From Octopus sinensis (taxonomy: Eukaryota), in NCBI RefSeq assembly GCF_006345805.1, contig NC_042999.1, positions 158,410,001 through 158,474,000 of the forward strand: a DNA stretch of 64,000 nucleotides, read 5' to 3'. Position numbers and translations under genes: made by a program. The notes under the pieces were generated by a model. It had not been told where the DNA came from. It was given only the letters and a program-made list of their open reading frames with translations, and did not search any database. Shown here one piece after another: positions 12,799 through 27,344 of the stretch. How positions within the stretch are numbered: the first letter of the stretch is position 1; each line of letters begins with the position of its first letter.

Positions 12799-14035
12799 AG
12801 CAATTATTTAGTCTTAGCTTTCACTGCTTATGCTAAACACATGACATTCTTGCCTTACGATATGGGACATTTCTTTTCTTTCACTCTTTTTAAAAAAATG
12901 GCACTCCATCGCTTACGACGAGGAGGTTCCTGTTTATATGATCAACGGAACAGTCTGCTTATAAATTAACGCGTACGTGGCTGAGTACTTCACAGACATG
13001 CATACCATAACATAAGGTAGTTCTTAGGGTCATTCAGCCTCACACAGAATGTGACAAGGGTGGTCTCTTTGAATTACAGCTACAACTCATTTTTGCCAGC
13101 TGAGTGGGCTGCAGCAAAGTGAAGTGCAGTTCCTTGCTAAAGGACACAGCGAGCCGCCCGGAATCATACTCACGACTATACGATCGTGGGCCAAATATCC
13201 TTAATCAATGTGTCACGCACCTTTCCTCTCTTAATCGTAGACAAAAGGAGTGAAGCGATAGAGACAGAAAAAGGAAAGTCTCAGTCATTTAAAAAGACAA
13301 GTTGGAGTGAAATACGATCGATATTTTCTAGCTTCTTTACTTTTGACAATGAAGAGGGAAAGACATTTAGTAATGAATAGAGGGAAAGTCTTTCAAGTGT
13401 CTACGTTTGCGTTCTAGGATTTCTAAAATGATCGACTGTTAGTTCTGTTTTCTCTCTCCCACCCCGGTACTTATTCGCTTTCTTTCATAGTTCTTCATGT
13501 CTTTCAGTTGGGAGAAAGACCATATCTCTTTTTCAGGCACGTTGAACATTTTCTCTACAAACTATAAACAAGCCCCACTCCCTTCTTTTCTTTTTTCATA
13601 CAAAAACTAATGCAAATTTCGAAGGGGCTGTAGCTGTGAAAAGAGCCCAGAAAAATGGGTAATACCTCCTGCAAAATGGGTGGGGTAGAAAAGTTGCCAA
13701 CAGGTGGCTACACGAAATTCAACTATATACTTTAAAGAGTGAATTCTTTCCCCTCAGGCCGACCAACGCCACGTGAGTGGATTTCACAGCAGGGAACTGA
13801 AAGAAGCCCGTCATATATGTAACCACAAGTAAATCGTTGGCAATTTTTTCCTTCGTCTTCATTTTTTCTTGAACTTACCATGTCTCCTGTTTCTGACGAA
13901 GAAATTTGCTCGAAATATAAAACCACCTTTCTTTCCTTCCCTGAGTGTCTGCTAATACTTTTCATGTACCACGTTCTCGCATTGTTGAATTTTTCTTGTG
14001 TTTCTTCTTCGTCCTCTTGAGATTTACTATACATT

Positions 14036-14070
<35 letters not shown>

Positions 14071-15081
14071 ACTAGCTGTTGGACCCGGCGTTGCTCATGT
14101 TTTCCACCCACCTCTGAGCTTGTATTGAATAAACATTTCCTTAGAGACTATTCTATCGACTTTGTTGAAAGTTTACGCGTGAAAAAATGCAAAAGCTGCA
14201 GGGAAAATAACATCGTTATGGGAATTTCCATTCAAACTCCCGATTGAACTAACAAAAAGCTATGCCAACTAGGCATTATCGAGTTTAGAAAAATTCCGGC
14301 CTAATGTGAACTCCAGGGTATGCGGTATGTGTCAAAAATACTTAAAATCGGTTGGACGGTGTGGGAAGAGTTAGAGTAACTCCAAACACACACACAGACA
14401 CCATTACACATTTATGTATATAGATATATACGTATATACTTATCTGTGCGTGTTTGTGTCTGTGTTTATCCCCACCACCACCACCACCACCACTGTTTGA
14501 TAACCGACGTTGGTGTGTTTGCGTCCCCGTAACTTAGCTTCTCGGCTGAAGAGACTGATACAATAATCCCTAGGTTTACAAGGAATAAGTCCATGGATCG
14601 ATTTCTTCGACTAAAAGACGTTGCTCCAGCATGGCCACAGTCAAATGACTGAAGCAATTAAAAGTATAAAAGAATACCAGAAAATCAAGAAGGTTCTTTA
14701 AATATGTACGGCTAAATAGTAATTCTGCTTACGTTTGCGTAACTGAGGCGTTTTGTTTGGATTATATGGTTATCGGTTTTACACATCTTTCTATATTCTG
14801 TAACTGTCAGAATACAGGAATATTTCTCATGGTATCAGCACACAATTTACAGATGCTTACACTTTTTATATTTTCCGTAAATTTTTCACGGGTCCAGCCA
14901 CGTACGCGTTAATTTTACAAGCAGACTGTTCCGTTGATCAGATAAACAGGAACCTCCTCGTCGTAAGCGATGGAGTGCCATTTTTTTTAAAAAGAGTGAA
15001 AGAAAAGAAATGTCCCATATCGTAAGGCAAGAATGTCATGTGTTTAGCATAAGCAGTGAAAGCTAAGACTAAATAATTGCT
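12799..15081. repeat. recent inverted duplication, arms 12799-12983 and 14895-15081
   Basis: About 185 bp reverse-complement match with only a few differences; includes unique flank as well as a SINE tail. Confidence 0.9.
14072..14424 (-). mobile_element. non-autonomous Helitron-like element
   Basis: Minus strand A|TCTATATACATAAA...TG repeat...GCAACGCCGGGTCCAACAGCTAG|T: TC start, CTAG end, A/T target and a subterminal GC-rich hairpin remnant. Confidence 0.6.
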
Positions 15082-15273
15082 GTTGCTGTTTATGTTTTTG
15101 TTGATCTTGTTATGTTTGTTCGGGTTCCCTACTTTTTCTGTTTCAAAGGCAACGTATTATATTTTTCTTTATACGGCGAAGGTTTGTGGTAGTTGGAGTA
15201 TGGGCTGTAAACAAACATAGAAAGAAGACGAGTGGGAGAGAGAAAAGCAAACAAAAACGACAGAGGGAAAGTA

Positions 15274-15321
<48 letters not shown>

Positions 15322-15947
15322 GAGAGAGAGAGAGGGACAGATTCAACAAGATATATAATGAAGGGATGGCTGATAGAAAGGAGAGGAGAATATAATTAGG
15401 AAAGAGAGTAAGCAAACATTGCACGAAGAGAGTGGGAGAGGATAAGAATAAAATTGAAAGTAGGCTGAACGGCTGAAATGCGAAGACGAAGAGGTTCTTG
15501 AGAAAATAATGCTAAAAAGATGGTATTGTTATTATAATTTTTTATTATTATGCTATAAAAATTATACGAAAAGGAAGGTTATTGCTGAATGAATAATTTA
15601 ACATAAAGTACAAGTAAATTTAAAGATAATTTAAGAAAGCTAGTGGATATATATATATATATATATATCTATATATATATATATATTTACAATAATAAGG
15701 TAATTAGAACGCTGGATGTTTATATACATACACACACATATTATTTAGATTTTATTTTTAGTTCTTTCTTCCGTTATCGGATTTATCAACAATTGGTTTA
15801 AATTTAGAAATCTTGGCCTTTTTATATATAACAAATTTTGTTGCTTTTGTCCAGCAAGAGAGTAGAAAGAAGAAAAAAATTTGAGACAGAGGGAAAGGTA
15901 AAGAGGTGTGGCTTTCGTATTAGTGTGATAAGACTTGTTTTTCTTAC

Positions 15948-16029
15948 CTGGTGGTATTTTAAGGTGAGGAAGGAAAAAAAATTCTAATTTTAACTCATCT
16001 TTTGATAAGTCAGATAATGGACGAAGGCG
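15948..16029 (-). CDS. candidate internal exon, phase 0-1 (RLRPLSDLSKDELKLEFFFLPHLKIPP)
   Basis: Minus acceptor tttacattttacatttttag| and donor CCAG|gtaaga; 82 bp; only one frame open. Confidence 0.38.
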
Positions 16030-16184
16030 CTAAAAATGTAAAATGTAAATAAAAAAATATATACAATCATCCAACATTCTAACTACGTTATTATTCTAAA
16101 TATATAATATCTGTACATCACTTCGAAAATTCTAGCTCTCTCTTTCTCTCTTACTCTCTCTCTCTCTCATGATATATATATGTA

Positions 16185-16259
<75 letters not shown>

Positions 16260-16260
16260 A

Positions 16261-16291
<31 letters not shown>

Positions 16292-16351
16292 ATATATATA
16301 TACCTACATATATGGTATATATATATATATATATATATACCTACATATATG

Positions 16352-16404
<53 letters not shown>

Positions 16405-16844
16405 TTAATGGAATTGAATGTCTCCAAACTATCCATTTGTAATAACAAATTTAGCACACTCACCGGTGTGATTTCCACTCATATACTTATTATTTTTTAC
16501 TAAAATATTCGTTGCGACTTGCAATCTTTTCAGTAGTCGTTAATTCTGTCCGTTATAATTGCGTTCATTTTTTGTTGTTGTACGTATGCATGTGTGTCAG
16601 TGTCCGTGCGCATACACATATGCATGCATGTATGTATGTATGTATGTATGTAGTATGTATGTATGTATGTAGTATGTATGTATGTATGTATGTATGTGCG
16701 TATATATGTATGTGTGTGTACGCATGCATGTGTATGCATTTATATAAATATATATATGTACGCATAGTGTACATGTTTATATGTATGTATGTGTTAAATT
16801 AATAAGGCAGTAAAAGAGAATTACTCTCCCCACACACAATATAC

Positions 16845-16936
<92 letters not shown>

Positions 16937-17474
16937 ATGTATGTATATACTAGTATGAGTACAGATGTGAAAATGCACTAGCAGCTAGCCACTTGCTAGA
17001 AATTCCCAGAGAGAAAGTATCGTGTTAAAAATCCGGACTTCGATGAAAGCGGCGGTGGACCTCCAGTCAGCGCGTTTTTACCTTTGTTAGTGTCACCAGT
17101 GACATAATTTAATTCTAACGAGCATCTTATCTTTCGCACAAATAGTGTGTCGAATCAACTATGTCGAGGGTATTTATCACAAGATCAAATAAGTTCTAAA
17201 CACCATGTTCGGCAATTCATCGTTCTAAGGAATGTCCTTAAAACAAAAATCGCTTTTAGACATTTCTTTGAGGCAAAATATTACAAATAATGCCCTTCCC
17301 CGTTTGCATACACACCAGAATTCTAATCTAAAGCTTTACCTTCCCACCTACCTACTTACCTACCTACCTACCTACCTACCTACCTACCTACCTACCTACC
17401 TACCTACCTACCTACCTACCTACTTACCTACCTACCTACCTACCTACCTATCTACCAACCAACCTACGTATCTA

Positions 17475-17539
<65 letters not shown>

Positions 17540-17571
17540 GTTTCTATCTATTTACCTATCTCTCTATCGAT

Positions 17572-17605
<34 letters not shown>

Positions 17606-17796
17606 ATACGTGTATTTTCCCCTTGTTTACAAATAACAAGGAAAAAATAAATAAACAGCTACCAGGGCAGCAAAAAATCACACAAGTAATAAGGACGTAA
17701 CACCCTGTTTTTAAAAGTAGAAACTCCGGGTTCATGTGAAATATTTTGTGTAATATATATATGAATAACTAGAGTTAATCTCAGGTTTAATTCAAA

Positions 17797-17896
17797 TTCT
17801 TTTACTTCCGACATATGTTTCGAAGAAAACATTGGTATTATTCCAAAGGAATAAAATGGTGTAAAACAACAGTGTAGTCTTCTCTTCAGAGAAAGG
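17797..17896 (-). ncRNA. type I hammerhead ribozyme motif, copy 2
   Basis: Minus strand: TTTCT-CTGAAGA-GAAGA...TCTTC-GAAAC-ATAT-GTC|GGAAG. 5-bp stem II, palindromic stem III ACATATGT, internal hairpin TTATTCC-TTT-GGAATAA in the stem II insertion. Confidence 0.75.
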
Positions 17897-18524
17897 ATGA
17901 AAGAAACCAAACTCTTCAATAAGATATTTTAACAGAATGTGATAGATGTGTATAATGATGAACGGAGCGCTATTAAGTTTCTTTGAAAAGCGTTAGAGGA
18001 TATAACGTCAAAGGTAGCCTATTGAAAGAAGAGGGGTAAAGGAAAGAAATAAGCAGAAAACTAATAAATGAGAAATATAGAGCGATATGTGAATTAAATA
18101 AAAGCTTAAAGGCCTGGAAAAAAATATATCGAATGGAATTGAAATGTAAGAAGAAAATCAATGCTCAAATTATATATAATGGTCGATATCACTTATATGA
18201 ACTAAAGGTATGTTTCTGCCAATGTTTACATCGATAAGCACGCTCTATAACCGTGTTTACAAGGGGATTCTTCGAAAAAAGTGTATAAAATAGTTCACTA
18301 TTACAGAGTTGGCAGAATTCTTTGCCTTTATCATATGGGAATGAAATGGGGAGAATCACCCAATAAACTTGTTATTAATATTTCTTGGGAGATGGTTGGT
18401 ATTAGCTAAATTAATATTAGTAATAGTAACTGGATTCTTATCTAACAGCTGTGAGTCCGTAAAAACACGTTTTGATGTTCTGATTCAGCACAAATAGCTG
18501 ATTTTGTCGGTATATATATAATTT

Positions 18525-18900
18525 ATGAAATGGCAAACCAGTTATCAAGCATCAATGGAGGTCAATTTCGTGATGATTGTTTATCTTCAAAATGTTTCTG
18601 ACCAAAATGTAGAAAAGGTTAAGAATAGTTTAGTTAAGTTTTTCTGTAGAATGGGCTTAGGCATCGTTTTTGATGATGATGTAATGAAGGCCAACTTTTT
18701 AGATATTACACTTAACTTACACAATTACTTCCCATACCACAAACCATCGTACAATCTTAAGTATATAAGCCAATTCAGTAATCATTCTAGAGCAATCATT
18801 AAGAACTTAGCTAAGAAAATTTCATTTAGATTAAGTTAGCTGCTAATGTTGACATTTTTAACGACAAGGCTGAATTTTATAACTCTGCCTTACTTAAAAC
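18525..18900 (+). pseudogene. Penelope-like element RT/thumb remnant (Naiad-like)
   Basis: NFLDITLNL..Y.PYHKP....YISQFSNHSRAIIKNL.KKISFRLS, then ANVDIFNDKAEFYNSAL in the following frame; typical PLE RT C-terminus. Confidence 0.75.
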
Positions 18901-19825
18901 AGAGAGAAGTTACCTACATTAATTCCATTCAATTTTATTCTACCTTTAGTAATGGAGACATGAAATCTAGCTGTAAGGATATAAACGATATCAATTTAAA
19001 TTTATACGCCAACACCAAAAGAATGGAGACAACCGTTATTTAAACCCCTTTTTTTTTTATTCCAACAGAATAAATGCCTTTATAATATGGGAATTGATTT
19101 ACACAGCCCTGTAATTTTGCGTATATTACTATCCCTAAATATAGAGTAATGATTAGAAATTCTTTTAGATAACTGAGAAGAACTACCTATATAAAAAGAA
19201 ATCGGTACCTGAAGTTACCTATATTAATTCCATTCAATCTTATTCTACATTTAGTAATGGAGACATGAAATCTAGCTGTAAGGATATAAACGATATCAAT
19301 TTTAATTCATACGTCAACAATAAACAGAGGAATGGAGACAACCGTTATTTAAACCCCTTTTTTACTCCAACAGAATAAATATCTTTATCATATGGGAATT
19401 GATAAATTTTAATTTATACGCCAACACCAAACAGAGGAATGAAAACAACCGCTATTTAAACTCCCCTTTTTTTTATTCCCACAGAATAAATGCCTTTATC
19501 ATATGGGAATTAAATGGAGAGAATCAACCAATCTAAATTAAATTAAATTGTTTATTATGGTCTTTTAGATACCAAATTAATTTACTCAGCCTTGTACCGT
19601 TGCGTTTATTACTATCCCTAAATGTAACGTAATGATTAGAAATTCTTTTAGATAACTGAGAAGAACTACCTATGTAAAAAAAGATATCGGTGCCTTTCTA
19701 TAGGCAACCTTTGACGTTATATCCTCTAACGGTTTTTTAAAAAAAACTTAATAGCGTTCCGTTCATCATTATACACATCCATCACATTCTGTTAAAATAT
19801 CTTATTGATAAATCTGGTTTATATC

Positions 19826-19923
19826 TTTCTTTCCCTGAAGAGAAGATTACATTGTTTTACACCATTTTTTCTCTTTGGAATAATACCAACGTTGCCTTCG
19901 AAACATATGTCGGAAGTAAAAGA
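19826..19923 (+). ncRNA. type I hammerhead ribozyme motif, copy 3
   Basis: TTTCC-CTGAAGA(19835-19841)-GAAG...CTTC-GAAAC(19900-19904)-ATAT-GTC|GGAAG. Predicted cleavage after C19911; downstream of and co-oriented with the PLE RT remnant. Confidence 0.75.
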
Positions 19924-19984
19924 ATTTGAATCACACCTGCGTTTTACTCCATTTATATATATATATATATATGTATATATTATA

Positions 19985-20113
19985 TTGCATACACACCAGA
20001 ATTTTAATCTAAAGCTTTACTTACCTACCCTACCTACCTACCTGCCTGCCTGTCTATCTACCTACCTACCTACCTACCTACCTACCAATCTACCTACCTA
20101 CCTATCTACCTAC

Positions 20114-20153
<40 letters not shown>

Positions 20154-20296
20154 GTATCTATCTATTTATCTATCTATCTAACTTACTAACTAACTATCTA
20201 TTTGTCTATCTATATATATGTGTCATCTATCTATCTATCTCTATATATATATGTATTGGTACATGTATATATATACATACATATATATACACATAT

Positions 20297-20338
<42 letters not shown>

Positions 20339-20485
20339 GTATATATTATATTGCATACACACCAGAATTTTAATCTAAAGCTTTACTTACCTACCTACCT
20401 ACCTACCTGCCTGCCTGTCTATCTACCTACCTACCTACCTACCTACCTACCAATCTACCTACCTACCTACTACCTACCTACCTAC

Positions 20486-20525
<40 letters not shown>

Positions 20526-20700
20526 GTATCTATCTATTTATCTATCTATCTAACTTACTAACTAACTATCTATTTGTCTATCTATATATATGTGTCATCT
20601 ATCTATCTATCTCTATATATATATGTATTGGTACATGTATATATATACATACATATATATACACATATATATATATATATACATATATATGATATATATA
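19985..20700 (+). repeat. tandem direct duplication of a ~366 bp unit (short unique header plus TACC/TATC/TA arrays)
   Basis: TTGCATACACACCAGAATTTTAATCTAAAGC at 19985 and 20351 with near-identical following arrays; a third header at 17304. Confidence 0.85.
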
Positions 20701-21204
20701 TATATATATATATATACATACATATGTTATAAGTACATAGTTATATACACATCTATACACAACTTTGCATTACTCGTGTACGTTGCATGCGGATATATGT
20801 GTGCATGCATGCATGTAGTCTTTCCTAAATGCATGAACAAGTAGTGTTGTGTGGACAATTTTATTAGTAAAAATATAAATTTGTGATGTTCATTGCGATG
20901 CATTGTTATGAACTTCATATATTATTTCAATCACAATTATTGCATATCGAGAACTAAAATAAGAATTTGATTGGAAATTCTATTTAAACCGAAATACTGA
21001 TCAATTCAGCTCAGGATCCTTAAATCGACAGTGAAATTCGTGATGCGACAGACAGTAGTTAAAACTGATGTAATTACTTCATTATTTCTCTTTTTACTGC
21101 TTCGTTTGTTGACTGTCGTTGTGATATTGCTTGAAGTAATTATATTTTCCCTCGTCGTCTTAGTCTCGCTATCTGCATGCTTATTGTTCAGTTTCCGTTG
21201 TCTA

Positions 21205-21612
21205 ATACTCTCTTTTACTCTTTTACTTGTTTCAGTCATTTGACTGCGGCCATGCTGGAGCACCGCCTTTAGTCGAGCAAATCGACCCCGGGACTTATTC
21301 TTTGTAAGCCCAGTACTTATTCTATCGGTCTCTTTTGCCGAACCCCTCAGTGACGGGGACGTAAACACACCAGCATCGGTTGTCAAGCAATGCTAGGGGG
21401 ACAAACACACACACACAAACACACACACACATATATATATACATATATACGACAGGCTTCTTTCAGTTTCCGTCTACCAAATCCATTCACAAGGCATTGG
21501 TCGGCCCGGGTCTATAGCAGAAGACACTTGCCCAAGAAGCCACGCAGTGGGACTGAACCCGGAACCATGTGGTTGGTTAGCAAGCTACTTACCACACAGC
21601 CACTCCTGCGCC
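21205..21612 (-). mobile_element. SINE family B, young full-length copy
   Basis: Reverse complement of 41367-41785 at high identity; (GTAAAAGA)n tail. Confidence 0.9.
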
Positions 21613-22178
21613 TAGATATGTTTTTCATTTTCCATCGGTCGAAAAGGGTTATAAATACTATCTAACTGATTCTTAAGCAACTATTCTTCAGTACGAATTA
21701 AAAACTGTATAGCAATGCGTCATAGTTATTAAACTTGACATGAAGACGTAACTAAAAATATTTCTAGAAAGGAAAAATGTGAATGAAAATGAGTGGAAAT
21801 GTCGAAAGCAAATTCATTATAAGGTTAAAATAATGTATTCTTATCACGCAAAGAATTGTGATAGTGACTGTAATTAAGTAAATCCAAGTGAACTGAAGTA
21901 TGATACCTAACCAATTTGATTGTAAGTATAAATATTTAACAAGGCAATCGGGATAATGACTACTGAGAAAACGCTAGTCATTAATGGTGTCTTTCTACCG
22001 ATAATAATGATAGAAATCTAATAAAAGTATATTTTGCTAAGACTGCGTGAGACATTTTGGCTACAGTTTATGTAGAATAATAGTCTAATGGTAGTTTGTC
22101 TTGTGAAAACTAAATCACCATTTAACAATGCATGCTAGTTCAGAATCAAAAATGATGCATCTTTGATATGCTATATAT

Positions 22179-22247
<69 letters not shown>

Positions 22248-22292
22248 TATATATATATATACATATATACACACACACCACACAACACACAC

Positions 22293-22336
<44 letters not shown>

Positions 22337-22601
22337 TTAATATATATATATATATATATAATAATATTTCAGTAAGTCAATAACGCAGTCCTTTACAACT
22401 TTCAAAACTTTGTAATGTAAACAGTCATTTTAAGACTATTTTTGTAAAATCTTACGAGCAAAGGGACTGCGATATTATTTTTGCAATATCAGTCACTAAC
22501 ACGAGAAGATCGATACATAAAGCGTTTGCGCTATGATGATATAATTTCGAGTAGAAATACTGAAACGTGTTTTTACAAAGTGAAGAATTTCTAAAAATTT
22601 T

Positions 22602-22990
22602 GCAGGAGTGGCTGTGTGGTAAGTAGCTTGCTAACCAACCACATGGTTCCGGTTCAGTCCCAAGCGTGGCATCTGGCAGTGTCTTCTGCTATGCCCGGGC
22701 CGACCAATGCCTTGTGAGGGGTTTGGTAGACGGAAACTGAAAGAAGCCTGTCGTGTATCTGTATATATATATATGTATGTGTGTGGTTTGTGTGGTCGTT
22801 GTTTGTTCCCTAGCATTGCTTGACAACCGATGCTGGTGTGAATACCTCCCCGTCAATAGCGGTTTTCGGCAAAAAGAGACCGATAAGAATAAGTACTGGG
22901 CTATAAAAAGAATAAGCCCCGGGGTCGAGTTGCTCGACTTAAGGCGGTGCTCCAGCATGGCCGCAGTCAAATGACTGAAACAAGTAAAAA
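22602..22990 (+). mobile_element. SINE family B
   Basis: GCAGGAGTGGCTGTGTGGTAAGTAGC head through CAAATGACTGAAACAAGTAAAA tail. Confidence 0.9.
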
Positions 22991-24710
22991 AATAATACCA
23001 ATATGCTTAAGGGATGTTGATAGAACACAGCGTGTGCCTAGATGATCAGGTAACTTTTTTCAGTGCAGTCAGTAATATTAAAAGGTATGAAAACATGTAC
23101 GTTATACAAATATTCACCCATAATAATTTGTAGTTTAACTGCTGATTCAAAGGACAAGTGCGAACTAAATCTACGATATAACGCTTGACATTAAATACAT
23201 TGCTATGTATCGAAGAGCAAATTCCTACAGTTAAAAGAAATAAATCTATCGTTTAACTTCACATCTAATATTCGATAACCGTGAGTAATCTCTGGCGCCT
23301 ATACACCAGCGAGCAGTTTCAGATTCAATAACGATAATCTTCATATGAATAAGAATCTAATCTACTGTAAATCGTATTCTTAGGGCACCTGATACAAGTT
23401 CCCATAGCTAGGTAAATTAAGTCACGTCGAAATAAAGATTTCAGTTTGTTCTTTATATATATATTTTTTTTCGATAGTAACAACAATAAATCTATAAAAA
23501 TACTATTATTTGTTCAAGTTTCAATATACTTAACAAAAACACATCTTTTCGAACCTGAGAGGTACTTGTTATGCAGATATCCTATTTGTTGTTGATAGTA
23601 TTATATTTTAATCGCAATATCAGCAACAGCGAACAGTAGACATTTGAAAGCGGGTGGTGGTGGGAACAACTGATATCGTTCACATTCCTTAAACTTATGT
23701 TTAACTGCATACTTCCCTCGAACCTCATTCAAGTTACTTGCAAACCTATACACAAAATACATTTCGTGCATATATCGCATTACATATTTAATGTGTAATA
23801 TCTATATAGAAGACCTGTAATTAATATATCACTTGACAAACCAATGCTGCATCATCTACGGGGTTTATCGGACTCTTACACACAGAATTCCTGTCTTCTC
23901 GAAATTACATCCTCAACTGGGCAACATAATCATGATAGACACACTGCTTGAAACACAGAAGCGCTTAAGGTTTTGATCTTAATTCTATTACTGGGTGCAA
24001 GAGTGACTGAAAGGTGGGAAAAAAATTATTTTATAGTCATCTGGAGCCGGTTTCTCACTCACTTTGTACCCCCTCTCTCTCTCTCACACACACACAAACA
24101 CACAAACACACACTTTATCTCTTTATATATATTATATATATATATATATATATATTTATATACACATAAATGTATATACTATTACAACATATATACATAC
24201 ATAGATACATACACACACACACTCACGCACACACACATGCACACGCGCGTGCACGCACACACACACACACGAACGCACACACACACGAACGCGCGCACAC
24301 ACACACACACATATATATATTTATATATAAGGAAAATAAAGACAAGGTAGAAAATGGTAAAATAATTTTATCATGAAGAACATTTTAGTATCGGTTTCAG
24401 TCTTTGCGACTTTTTCAATCTAGATAAAAGCATGAAAAACAAATTCCATTGTGGAAAAATTAAATGAAACGTTTTTAAAATATTTCCATAGTTTTTAAAT
24501 ACAAAGGGCAGTTTCCTTTTTTCTGTCTGTCTGTCTTTCTTTTTTACTCTTGTGGGGGCCTGGTAGTAGGTAGTATGTAGTAGCAGTCCTTAAAGAATAT
24601 TTGATATGAGTTCTTGATTTTGATTGTTTAAGCAGCAGTAGAAAGAAAGAAAGGAAGAAGAAGAAGAAGAAGAAGAAGAAAAAAAAGAAAAAAGAAGAAG
24701 GAGGAGGAGG

Positions 24711-24746
<36 letters not shown>

Positions 24747-24770
24747 TAATAATAATAATAATAATAATAA

Positions 24771-24801
<31 letters not shown>

Positions 24802-24974
24802 AAGAAGATGAGGGAGTAGGAAAAGAAGAGAAACAATATAGTAAAAATACGTGTGTGGTATGACAGTGGTAGGATGTTGGTGGAATCCTCGAATACACCA
24901 CGAATTACCCATATCAACATTTACACAAACAAGAACATAGGCCAAACTTCAGCAAAAAGAATAGGCTGAGCTGA

Positions 24975-25670
24975 ACAAATTAAAAGCTGATAAAACAATA
25001 ACAATCAAAGAGGCTGATAAACAGGGTGCAGTTATCTTATGGGTCACAGTACACCATATAACTCTAGTACTATCCATATCAGAAGACACAACATACTATG
25101 AAAAGGTCCAACACTACAGTAAGCAGAAAATAATGGGAAACCTAAAAACTATGTTAAACCTATACAGAGAAGGACTCGCCAACAAGGAATACGATTATAT
25201 AATTAACTTCATATGTAAAACTAATCAATTCTACGTTATTCTCCAGATATACAAAGTGAGAAAAGAAGTAACGCATGCAGTATAGCCACAGACATAACAA
25301 TCAAAGTCTGTACACCTAATGACCTCACATGAAGACCTATAATAGCAGGTCCCGCATACGAAACCCACCGCCTCAGTAACATTTTACATACATTCTTAAA
25401 ACCGTTCCTCAAGCATATCAAAAGCTATATAAGGGATGACCTAGATATGCTCAATCACCTCCCTAAAATAATAAACAAAAACACCCTACTAGTATCCTTC
25501 GATTTAGTTAGCCTCTATTCTAATATCCCCCACAGCCTAGGAATAGAGGCAATTCATTTCTGGCTAGAGAATTACTCCAATGAACTCCCACATTGCATCA
25601 AAAGGGAATTCGTTATAGAATGGCTAAAATCCATCTTGGAGAATAATTACTGTTTTCGAAGACAACTGCT
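24975..25670 (+). pseudogene. Penelope-like element reverse transcriptase remnant
   Basis: TIKEADKQGAVI, MRPIIAGPAYETHRLS, YIRDDLDML, LVSFDLVSLYSNIP motifs; frameshifted and truncated. Confidence 0.85.
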
Positions 25671-26361
25671 TCTACTAAGATGTTCTTCATGATAAAACTA
25701 TTTTAGCATATTCTGCCTTGTCTTATTTTCCTTATACATATCAACACGTGTGTTCCTTTTCAACCTTCCACACACACACACACAAACATACACGCACATA
25801 TATAAGTGAATATCAAACAAGTACAGATGTCAATCCATTAGGGCCGTTTCCAAAAGCTATTTAATTGATTGATAAAACATTACATCATTGTAAAGAAACC
25901 GTTTTCGTCAGATGAATTCATGAACTTCAAGCTAAAAATTCGATTGATTTAACATAGTTAAAAATCAACGGGGCATAAATATTTACATTGACTCTGCTAC
26001 CTACTATTCAATTGGTAGAATAAAATTTACCAGAATAGTATATAATTGGTCAGAACAACGAAAATTTAGGGGTCATTAGAGTTTATATTAGGGAGAAGAA
26101 GTAATTGGCACAAGTGACCCAGTTATCTATACTTCTGACAACGGCTCCAATCGTCTACATTTATATATTAAGGAAGTGGTGTCTGGTCAGTTGTGAGAAA
26201 GTTAATTAATATCAGGTCAACCTCCTAAATTATCATATGTGAAGGAACGATACACAAGCTTTATCGTCCCAAATGGACAAGGCACAGCGTAGTAATAAGG
26301 GAGTGAGTGATGGTAAGGAATAATAAGAAGAAAGAGATAGTGAAAGCTGATTCCACCGATA

Positions 26362-26742
26362 TTTTTATCTTTTTATTGCTCACAGGGGCGAAAAATAGAG
26401 GGGACAAACAAGGACAGACAAAGGGATAAAGTTGATTACATCGACCCCGAAAGGATAAAACGCAAAGTCGACCTCGGTGGAATTTGAACTCAGAACGTAA
26501 CGGCAGCCGAAATACCTATTTCTTTATTACCCACCAGGGGCTAAACAAGGACAAACAAGGACAAACAAGGACATATAAACGGATTAAGTCGATTATATCG
26601 ACCCCAGTGCGTAACTGGTACTTAATTTATCGACTCCGAAAGGATGAAAGGCAAAGTTGGTCTCGACGGAATTTGAACTCAGAACGTAACGGTAGACGAA
26701 ATACGGCTACGCATTTCGCCCGGCGTGCTAACATTTCTGCCA
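26362..26742 (-). mobile_element. tandem/nested pair of family C SINEs
   Basis: Two GAAAGG..AAA..CAAAGT cores; the second copy begins AATACCTATTTCTTTATTACC at 26511. Absent from the opposite fold-back arm. Confidence 0.85.
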
Positions 26743-27344
26743 TTAATTACCGTATTAAAGAAGAGGATTTTGAAAAATAATGGAATGAGTAATATAAAGT
26801 ACGGGTGTGAAAAGAAATCCAGGGGATAAAAGGGGTACTGGTACAATTTAGCATAGTTACAATATAATTTGAATAAAAATATAAGAATATCAAAGTAAAG
26901 TATACCACGAGATATATAAAAAAATATGAATTGTAAAAAATATATAAAAAAATTTATAAAGTACAAATATATATAAAAAAATCCTATAACAAGATTATTA
27001 TTATTATCAATAAACGGTAAAAATGAAAATAAACATATTCCTTTATTAGTTTAAGGATCTAAATTTAAAACTTTTGTATCTGAATGCACTCCTTTTTATA
27101 TTTAAATAATTTAAAATTATTTACGTGATATCTAATATCTAATTCTTATTACGTCCTATAATTACGCCCGTAGCAGTGGAGAAAGTTCGAATAACTTTTT
27201 ACTTTTATTTTATGAGCTTTTTTTTTTATATCATGAGCATCTCTTTTATAAATCTGATATATCCACCTTTTTTATTTTAGTAATTTATACTCTTCATTTC
27301 TGAAAATTTTAATTTTTCTTATTATTCTTATGTCTTAATATACT

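Noticed and set aside
18045-18235. ~65-codon open frame in the hammerhead-bearing repeat
   Set aside because: No start codon, no GIY-YIG or other motif recognised, and a plausible length by chance.
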